A stretch of 64,000 nt of DNA from Octopus vulgaris (lineage: Eukaryota). Position 1 is the stretch's first letter. Every line of letters begins with the position of its first letter. The translations under genes were made by a program, and so were the position numbers. The DNA lies in NCBI GenBank assembly GCA_951406725.2, contig OX597834.1, forward strand, positions 1,860,001-1,924,000, given 5' to 3'. Below, one piece after another: positions 54,490 to 64,000 of the stretch. Under the pieces are notes generated by a model that was not told where the DNA came from, made no database searches, and saw only the letters and a program-made list of their open reading frames with translations.

Positions 54490-55420
54490 ATTTCAATATG
54501 GCTGAACTATAGAGACGATCTTATTGAAGATTACAGATATCAGATTCAGTTACAATGTCTTGATAGGAAAATAGAATTCAGTGACGGTCTCTTATAATGT
54601 AACATTAATTGCTACTGAAGACAAAGTTTTGTCCTCGGAAAGGAGTAGATTTTTCCCTCATACCAATCGTTTTGAAGTCGATAGTTTACAAACAAAGCCA
54701 TTAAAAGAAATTTCCTCCAAAACTGAAGAGTTCTCAAGCTATTTCAGGGAAGATGAACCTAAATTGCTACCTCAAGCATTTTAAAAGCATTTGAAAATGC
54801 TATTCTTAAAAGGATTTTTTTCATATCGAAGGAGAGGACTTTTTTCTTGACACTTTTGTAGGAATTGACAAAACATTTGTCCTTTGACCTGTCACTGGCC
54901 AAGGTGTAACTACCGAAAAAAAAAAGAAAAGAAAATAGCTTTGTCGCTTCTTCAGATACTGTTGCTACTGTATTTCCGCGAGGAAGAACAGCCCACTCTA
55001 CTTTCAAATTGTCCTCGAATTTAATGAACAATGATACTCCAGTTTGTAATGGGGGCTTGTCAGATAAATCCGTTCGTTTCTTTCCATTTTTATTTGAATT
55101 AACACGAAAACTATTTTTTATGGTAGTGTTTATGGTTTTTTTTTTGCTTTTTGTTTATTCAGTTCTGTTCTTCCTTTACAACTTTTGTTTATCATTTTTA
55201 AATTTTGAATAAGTTTTACCTGTTTTCGGGAAAATGATGATGAAGTGGTAAGTTGAAAATAAACGAGCTTCTTCGACACCTGCTTTCTCTTCGCTTTCAG
55301 TCAAGGTTCCAAAGCCACTCGAGACACTTTAATGCTCTTTTACTGAAAGAACTGCACAGAAATGAGACAAGTATTAAAGAAGTATCATGTCATTGTTTGG
55401 GATGAATATACGATGGCGGT
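54490..55420 (+). pseudogene. Decayed Helitron Rep/Hel (PIF1-family helicase) coding remnant
   Basis: WLNYRDDLIEDY..LIATEDKVLS; EDEPKLLP; degenerate Walker A FFLDTFVGIDKTF (about 54840); VASSDTVATVFPRGRTAHSTFKL..TPVCN (about 54945-55050); Walker B region VIVWDEYTMA (about 55390) after a ~300 bp interruption. Confidence 0.85.
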
Positions 55421-56172
55421 GGGGGGGGGGCATGCAAAACAGAGTGGTTCCTGCATTTCAAAGGTCCAGTCTTGTCACATCTTTTGTCATACTGAATCTC
55501 CCTGAGAACCACGCTGAGGATATGCGTGTCTGTGGAGTGCTCAGTCGCTTACACGTTGATTTCACGAGCAGGTTTCTCCGTTGATTGGATCAACTGGGAG
55601 CTTCGTCCTCGAAACCGACGGCGTGCCAGTTACACTGAGTGGTAAACAACTGGAATAACAAAAACAACCAATCGATAACATGGTACCGAAATTGGGAATC
55701 CTACCAATGATACGCAAATTTGTGTTAACATGCCACTACCGGTAGTGAATAGAAACTGGAAGTGACGACTATGATATCCCATAATTTCCGGTAAATAATT
55801 TTATGTAAGATGGGCAACGTGTAGAACGTTCATATATTTACCATGAAAACCGTACGTATATCTATTCAAGACGAAAACAAACTTCTCGTTAATGTTCGTT
55901 GCTGGGTACAATCCATTGGAATGGTGTACCACAGCTGCTATTTCCGAAATACTTAATATATCACCAGAAGGTACAATACATGTAAGTACTTGTGGACGGG
56001 GTATAATGAGGGAGTTCTTTATGGTTTCGTGAAATTATGGGATGTCACTGTATCCACTTCCGGTTTCTATCGCAATTCATTTCCACATTTTTACGACCAT
56101 CAACTGCATGTTAAAATTAAATTTATATTTAATTTGTATTTAGCAAGGCAGCCCAATGTTACCTTGGTTTCC

Positions 56173-56203
56173 ACCCGAGTAACACCGGGTGGCTCTGTTA
56201 AAT
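56173..56203 (+). mobile_element. Candidate Helitron 3' terminal hairpin
   Basis: ACCCG-AGTAACAC-CGGGT hairpin about 10 nt before a degenerate CTRR end (GTTAA|AT), downstream of the helicase remnant. Confidence 0.5.
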
Positions 56204-57278
56204 ATAACTAAGCTTTCTTCTAGATTTTTTTCCTATTTACTATCTTAATGTTGTAATGAGAACATGGCGTAAAATCTAAAAGCCTTTTAGTTCTGATTGT
56301 CACAAAATGTCGGTAAATCCATGATGTATTCCACCATTAACACAGTTCTAAGACATCATTCTACTATTTCTTCTTTTTCTTTAATGTTATTGAATTCATT
56401 AGCAAGCTTTTAATGTTTACCTTTGTAAATAACAAACAGTGAAATGTTTAAACTGCAGTTACAAAACATTTAATATGGCCGCCGCGTTTACAAATGGCGG
56501 TAGTAAACAAACTTAACACATTGCCTTTAGTTTTCCTTACTTCAAGACCATCTTCTAAAGTGCCGTTAACTTGAGTAATTTCCGTTATTCTAGATACCGT
56601 TATTTCGTTGTTTCGGAAGTTAATTGTGTAACATAAAAGAAGTGATGGTCATAGTTGGGACGTCTTTAACCATAATTCTGCTTCGGTCAAATTTAACCTC
56701 AGCGGAGAAAGATGCATTAGTGTAGTGATAAATACTGTATGCCTGAATAACAGATAGGGTGGGCATGTCTGGAACATCTTTGATCATAGGTTTGTTGGAT
56801 CAGGACTGACCTGGAGCTAAACAACATGGCCATAATAATAAAACTGATTATATGTTAATGGTGGTGGTGGTGGTGACGACGATGGTTATTATGGTGGTGG
56901 TTGTGGGGATGATGGTTGTTGTGGTGGTGGTGGTGGTGATGGTAGTGGTGGTGCATTGCAAATATTGATGACAATGATAATGATGTTGATGTTGACGATG
57001 ATGACGTCTTCGATGACTACAACGATGATGATGATTCACGACTGTAAAATAAGATCACGTGGTACCGCAGAACACGTGATGTATTGACAGGCAGAGAAGG
57101 AGGGTGATACGGTAGTAAACGACGCAGCATTCTGTTGTAGACATCAGCAATTTGACGGATTTCAATAGCTCTCGCCCCCCCTTTCTCTCACTCACCATTC
57201 ACTCTCCCTCCTTCCACCCTCTTTAGTCATTCTCTCTTCCTTCCTCTGTCTTTCTATTTATCTATACTTACCTCCTTG

Positions 57279-57322
<44 letters not shown>

Positions 57323-57520
57323 TCTGCTTTTCTCTATTTGTCTGTCTCTCTCTCTTTCTGTCTGGTTATCTTCTTTCTTTCTGTCTCCTTCTCTCACCAA
57401 TCATCATTTTATCTTCTTAACGCCTCTCTATCTTTCCCTTTTTTCTCTCCACCTCCATTTTCTCTCTTTCTATTCTTTCTCTTTGTTTCTCTTTCTACCT
57501 TTGTGTTTATCTATCTATCC

Positions 57521-57688
<168 letters not shown>

Positions 57689-57879
57689 TTATCTATCTAT
57701 CTATCTGTTCATTTATCTATTTATTTACTTACATACGTATATACTTTACTTTAAGGTTCGAATTGCTAATAAGCCACCTTTCTTAACGTTCCGCGAAGTA
57801 GAAACTGTACTGTATTGTATAAATTTTATTATTATTTTTATAATTTGTATATATTCATTTTATTATTTTTATATATTTA

Positions 57880-58330
57880 AGCTTTTAGAAACTCTCCCCA
57901 CACTCTTAGGGGTTCCCATGTCTTTTCCTTTTTTCTTTTGCGGGTGAGGAACATAGTGATGGGCAAGTTGCTGGCGCTACCTTTTCTTCTGTGTAAGAAA
58001 GTTTTTATAAACTTCCATGGTTCCGTCGATTTCATTTCTGAACTGCAACGCACAAATCATCTCGGGGTCCCAATCTTCCACCATTCTCTGAAGTTCTTTT
58101 GCCGTTTTTGCTAGAGTTCTGATGAGGTGTTCTGGTGATAGGTCGCATACCTTCTCGTGGAGTCTCATCCCTGCTATAAGTAAGCATCTTCCTCTGGCGA
58201 TTGGGTTCACTGACACAAGCCTTAGAAGGGCTTGAAACAAATTCACAATTTTACACACAAAGGCAAAATAACACCACACATTCGCTTCCCGAGTCTCGTT
58301 TCCCATACGCTATGGGCGATCCTTTGTTTA
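57880..58330 (-). mobile_element. Tigger/pogo transposase C-terminal remnant
   Basis: LAKTAKELQRMVEDWDPEMICALQFRNEIDGTMEVYKNFLTQKKR*RQQLPITMF, similar to Tigger-type C-termini. Confidence 0.6.
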
Positions 58331-58470
58331 CCCATCTACGGTACTTTACGAATTCTCTTTTAATATATTTTAATTAATGTTTTATACAGTGCAATACTGA
58401 ACTGTCTTTTTATCTATTAATTTTTAGGCGTGAAAATGTTTATTTTACCACAGAAGTAATTAAAATCTAA

Positions 58471-58637
58471 AAGGCGCAGGAGTGGCTGTGTGGTAAGTAG
58501 CTTGCTAACCAACCACATGGTTCCGGGTTCAGTCCCACTGCGTGGCATCTTTGGCAAGTGTCTTCTGCTATAGTCCCGGGCTGACCAATGCCTTGTGAGT
58601 GGATTTGGTAGACGGAAACTGAAAGAAGCCTGTCGTA

Positions 58638-58702
<65 letters not shown>

Positions 58703-58921
58703 TTGTGTGTGTGTATGTGTTTGTGTTTGTCCCCCTAGCATTGCTTGACAACCGATGCTGGTGTGTTTACATCTCCGTCACTTAGCGGTTCGGCAAAAGA
58801 GACAGAATAAGTACTGGGCTTACAAAAAATAAGTCCCGGGGTCGATTTGCTCGACTAAAGGCGGTGCTCCAGCATGGCCGCAGTCAAATGACTGAAACAA
58901 GTAAAAGAGTAAAAGAGTAAA
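58471..58921 (+). mobile_element. Full-length young SINE family B
   Basis: Near-identical to 49180-49577 except for the length of the internal microsatellite. Confidence 0.92.
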
Positions 58922-59064
58922 ATATAAATATCTATCGTAGAAACACGCGATATACTGAGGAGTCTGCGATATAAATTTACATATATTAGCCAGAAAAATC
59001 CACAATGTACTGAGGGCGCGATAGGTGAACCGACACACACACACACACGCTTATTTATCCATCC

Positions 59065-59111
<47 letters not shown>

Positions 59112-59619
59112 CACACAAACGAAATTTTTCTTCTTGTTCCCTCAACAGAGATGGCATCCAGTTATCCTGCGACAGAAAGTGTAATAAGCAGACGACAAAG
59201 ATATCGAGATATCGAAAGTTACTTAAAAATTACAAACTTTAATTATAAAATTTATCATAACAAAACAAATAAACTATATTATTGAAATCATTGAAACAAA
59301 TTAACTATGTTATTAGAGTAATTGAAATAAATACACTAAATTTATCTTACTGAAATATTATAGCGCATCCGATTACTTTTGAATTTTCGTTGGTTTCTTT
59401 GTTCACTGTTGCAGAGAGAAGTGGAAATGTTTAAATATCACGAGTGGTGGAAGGCAAACTGCTAAACTGGATTCTAAAATTACTGATGGTGGCACAGTAA
59501 TACACGAGCTCCAGCATCCGATCCCCAAAAGAAGAAAGTTTGATAAATAAATGAATGAATAAATAAATAAAGGCAAAGTCAATTCTATTTACATATCACC
59601 TATGGTCATGGATATTGTG

Positions 59620-59900
59620 TACTGATTGAAAGAGTCATTCGATCGCAAATACAAGTGGAGTTCCTCTGAAAAGATTTGGGAGTCGCTCCATGACTAGTCG
59701 CAACTTCTCTACACTGAGAGGTCATAGGTCAGGTACGACGGACATGTAATTAGAATACCGCAGGAAAGAATTGCAAAACAACTATTTTAAGCTGGCAGAA
59801 GAGCAAGAATAATATCAAACGGATAATATCAAACATAAAATATATGGATTATATCCATGGTCTTAGTTGGTCACACTTGGGAATCCAGCCGGAAAATATA
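59620..59900 (+). mobile_element. Highly decayed RTE-like ORF2 fragment
   Basis: VRYDGHVIRIPQERIAKQLF..DNIK resembles the RWxGHVxR..R..K C-terminal motif. Confidence 0.45.
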
Positions 59901-59984
59901 ATGATAGGACCGTAGGAAGGAGATGCATGCATTCCTCCTTGATTCGTGGATATCTCTCCATTTTCTATCCCCATACAATTAGGA

Positions 59985-60265
59985 GTGGAACGTTAGATTC
60001 CCACTGCGTGTTACCTCGGGAAAGTATCTTCTACTATAGCCAAGGGCCGACCATAGCCTTGTGAGTGGACTCGGTAGAGAGGTCCCCCACCATCGCTTGA
60101 CAACTGATGTTGGTGTGTTTACGTCCCTGCAACTTAACGCTTCGGCAAAAGACCTGATGGAATAAGTACTAGGCTTAGAAAAGAATAAATTCTGGGGTCG
60201 AATTGTTCGACTAAAGGCGGTGCTCCAGCATGGCTGCAGTCAAATGACTGAAACAAATGAAAGAA
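59985..60265 (+). mobile_element. SINE family B with internal deletion
   Basis: Head joined directly to tail; microsatellite absent. Confidence 0.8.
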
Positions 60266-60374
60266 TATATATATATATATATAAATCATATATACATACA
60301 TATATGATTTATATATATATATTTATACACACACACATATATATAAATCATATATATATATACATATATGATTT

Positions 60375-60456
<82 letters not shown>

Positions 60457-61004
60457 GTGTAGGCTGATAGGTTGGTAAGTTGGTATGTATGTAGGTAGGA
60501 AGGTAGGCATATTGGTAGTCGACGGAATCCAAGGGGTATTGAAATAGCAACAGTCAGCTATATTTCTGCTCTAAACTTATTCTGTCTCACTTCACTGTGG
60601 CACCTATCTCAACGGTTGTACCTTCTTCGTTCACCATTGGTCGGCCCGGGGCTGTAGCAGGAACCATGTGGTTGGTTAGCAAGCTACTTACCACACAGCC
60701 ACTCCTGCGCCTATAATAAGCTGAGATTTTAGGAAGATCTGGTTGCTATTTCTAGGCGATGAGTGGTATGAATCCAGCCAAAAAAGAAATGTCACAGAGA
60801 AAAAAAGTTACTGGGGAAAAGCCACGCAATGGCGATGTTATGTCTAACTACAAGAACGTCTTCATAACTTGTGTGTTGCTCGATGGGAGAACCACAAGAG
60901 CGTGGCATCGGTTGGAATATTCGTTTTAATCATCAACATTAAAAATACTGAATATCTATGTAATGCCACAATACCACGTAAGGTGTCCATTCAGTTTGTA
61001 CAAC

Positions 61005-61390
61005 TGCAGAAACGTTAGCACGCCGGGCGAAATGCGTAGCCGCATTTCGTCTGCCGTTACGTTCTGATTTCAAATTCCGCCGAGGTCGACTTTGCATTTC
61101 ATCCTTTCGGGGTCGATTAAATAAGTACCAGTTACGCACTGGTGTCGATATAATCGACTTAATCCGTTTGTCTGTCCTTGTTTGTCCCCTCTATGTTTAG
61201 CCCCTTGTGGGTAATAAAGAAACAGGTATTTTGTCTGTCTTTACGTTCTGAATTCAAATTCCGCCGAGGTCGACTTTGCCTTTCATCCTTTCGGGGTCGA
61301 TAAATTAAGTACCAGTCGCGTACTGGGGCTGATCTAATCGACTAGCCCCTTCCTCCAAAATTTCGGGCCTTGTGCCTAGAGTAGAAAAGA
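61005..61390 (+). mobile_element. Dimeric SINE family A (two cores, two different tails)
   Basis: The core TTCAAATTCCGCCGAGGTCGAC..AAGTACCAGT occurs twice; first tail CCCCTTGTGGGTAATAAAGAAA, second tail GGCCTTGTGCCTAGAGTAGAAA. Confidence 0.88.
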
Positions 61391-61579
61391 AAAGAAATGA
61401 CTGACTTTAGTGTTTTGTTTCACTTGTCTTATTTTTTGCTTAAGAAATTCAATAACAGGTTGTTTGCCTTCTACATACCTGTAATGCCACCCGATATGAA
61501 TTGTATGACACGTTATGTCAGTCAATAACTGATTAAACATTTTATTTTTTGTGTTTTATTTCATTTCTTTTTTGATCTT

Positions 61580-61803
61580 TTTTTTACTTGTTTCAGTCAT
61601 CAGACTATGGCCATGCTGGGGCACCGCCTTGAAGAATTTTTAATTGAGTGAGTCGACCCCAGTACTTTTTGTTTTTTAAATCCTGGTACTTATTCTATCG
61701 GTCTCTTTTACCGAACCGATAAGTTACAGAAACGTAAACGCACCAGCACCGGTTGTCAAGTGGCGATGGAAAGAACAAACACAGACACCAAGACACACAC
61801 ACA

Positions 61804-61862
<59 letters not shown>

Positions 61863-62000
61863 GACAGGCTTCTTTTAGTTTCTGTCTACCAAATCCAATC
61901 ACAAGGATTTGGTTGATCCGAAGCTATAGTAGAAAGCACCTGCTCAAGGTGCCACGAACCGTGTGGTTGGGAAGCAAGTTTCTTACCACACAGCCACGTT
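61580..62000 (-). mobile_element. SINE family B
   Basis: Tail, (GT)n and head collinear with other copies. Confidence 0.85.
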
Positions 62001-62394
62001 TGTAGTATTTAAATAGAATATCACTTTTTTTTTCTTTCTGGACACCGAGCGGTACACGTATCGGCCTTGCCCTGAGCCTCGAACTCTACGTGTAGGAGCT
62101 ACACAAATATCCCTGTGGAGCGAATAGCGATGAGTCCCGACTGTTCTGGCTCTCTTGTCAGCGTGCAGCACCTCTTCTTCACCATGACGCAGTAAACGGT
62201 CTTATTAAAACGATCGGCGACATGGTTCATTTCTCTGTTGCAACTGGACTCTGTTGGCATCGACAGTGGTGCCGGTAGACTTCAATATGGAATGACCCAC
62301 TTTCCATTCGAAGATAAGAGCAAGTCACCCATCTAAGACACCATTTATTGCGAAAGGTGAACTGGCAGAATCGTTACAAATTTTTGTTATTCAG

Positions 62395-62750
62395 TATAAA
62401 TCTACCCTGGACTGCATTATGCAACGTACTCCTATTTTTAAGACAAGATGTGATTTGAAGGAGACTTTAACTGCTATTTCTAGCGGTTTCAGAAACTTCA
62501 TACACATTTTCTCGTTCACTCAGTTTGTGGAAAGTCGTTGTTGTTGTTTAGCCCCCGGCCAAAAGTGACTGAGTCGCCCTATAATCAAAGACGTTCCAAC
62601 TGTGACTATCCCATTTTTTCAAGCAGTGTGATTTTATGATTACATTAACTAACGTAGCCTCTCCATCCTTTTTCTTAAGACTGCAAGAATCGATTTGAAG
62701 GAAATTTGACTGTTATTTCTGGCCGATGGAACGAACACGTAAAAGCTCCC
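62395..62750 (-). mobile_element. Two decayed SINE-like family C copies
   Basis: GTTGTTGTTTAGCCCC..ATCAAAG..TTCCA..GATTTGAAGGA.ATTT.ACTG.TATTTCT; similar copies at 29.5, 32.1, 44.4-44.8, 50.4-51.5 and 56.6 kb. Confidence 0.65.
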
Positions 62751-63444
62751 TCATTGGTTCAATTATTCTGGAAGTCTTCGTAGTTGGATAGAATAGTTCC
62801 AGCAGATAACTGAAAAATTACGTATGCGGTGGCCATCACCGACCTACTTCAATGAAAAAAAGCAAGTGCGAGGCTGGAATACATAAGATGTGAAGTAGTC
62901 AGCCATTGAGGAAACAGCAGACGACCGTTAGCGGCCATTGTTGAAGCGAGATTGTTTGTTGAATAGAGAGTGTTGAAGAGAGATTGTTTTTGTTTTTTTC
63001 TTATAGCAAACTGGAGGATGGCGATGATGGAGATGAAGAAGGCGAGGGTTAAAGATTTAAGTAATACTGTGTGTGTATGTGTGGTGGAGAGGGTTCGATT
63101 CTGAGAAAAATACAGAGAAGAGAGAGAGAAAGTGAAAAAAAGCGTGTGTGTTTGCACTCGTGTGCGTATGTGTTGCGTGTATGTGTGCGTGCGTGTATGT
63201 GTGTGTGTTCGAACATCTGAAAGAAATAGAAAGGAAAACAAACAGAGAGGGAAAGAGAGAGGGTCAGAGAGAGGGGGGGAGAAAAAATAATGTGGGGGTA
63301 AGTGACATAGTGTGTGTGCGTATTTGTCCTGTCTATTGCGTGTGCATGTGTATGTTCTGTTGCATGCATTTATGTATGTGCATGTTTGCATTTCTGCATG
63401 TGTATAAGTGTGCGTGTGGTTATGTTTGTGTGTGTGTGTGTGTA

Positions 63445-63475
<31 letters not shown>

Positions 63476-64000
63476 AAGAAAGAAAGAGAGAGATGAAGAG
63501 AGAGAAAGAGAGAGAGGAAGGGAGAAAGAGAGAGGGAGAGTAACAACATACTGGCCGAATGGTTAAGAAGTTCGCTTGGAGACTATGAAGTCGAGGGTTC
63601 GATCGCACTGCGTGGAATCTTGAGCAAATGTCATTGACTATGACTTTAGATTGACCTACCTAAATCTTGCGAGTGTGACTGGGGAGGCGGGGACTGTACT
63701 GAAACCTGCCAAACGTTCGATCTTGTCACTCATTCATTCTAATTTGATTCTAGGCGAGGAGATATGGTTAAAGATACAATTCTCTGCAGGATACTCAGCC
63801 ACACGCACAAGGATTATAAATACACACACACACACACACACACAGAGGCACACACACACACAGGCACACACATACACACAAGCACACACACACAGGCACA
63901 CACACACATACGCGCGCACACACACATGTGTATGTGTGAGTGTGTGTGTGTAAATTTTTATAAGGAAAAAGTTGACAGGTGTAGCTGTGTAGTAAGAAGT

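Overview
Eukaryotic, AT-rich, microsatellite-saturated genomic DNA; the SINE and microsatellite content suggests an octopod cephalopod (Octopus-like; inference). Almost all ORFs in the track are simple-repeat artefacts and no intact protein-coding gene is visible. Supported content: a full-length but disrupted mariner transposon (1207-2480); remnants of R4/Dong-type RLE, L1/Tx1, RTE and CR1-type LINEs; a decayed Helitron helicase (54.5-55.4 kb); Tigger/pogo, mariner and hAT MITEs; and dozens of copies of at least four SINE families. A probable housekeeping-type promoter and first coding exon lie on the minus strand at about 9.8 kb, and the sequence to their left looks CpG-depleted. The most interesting signal is a set of short elements inserted in (TA)n tracts that carry type I hammerhead-ribozyme folds with variant cores, two of them arranged as perfect fold-back inverted repeats (97 bp and 47 bp arms). 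These resemble Penelope-like element pLTR derivatives. All folds and translations were done by eye.
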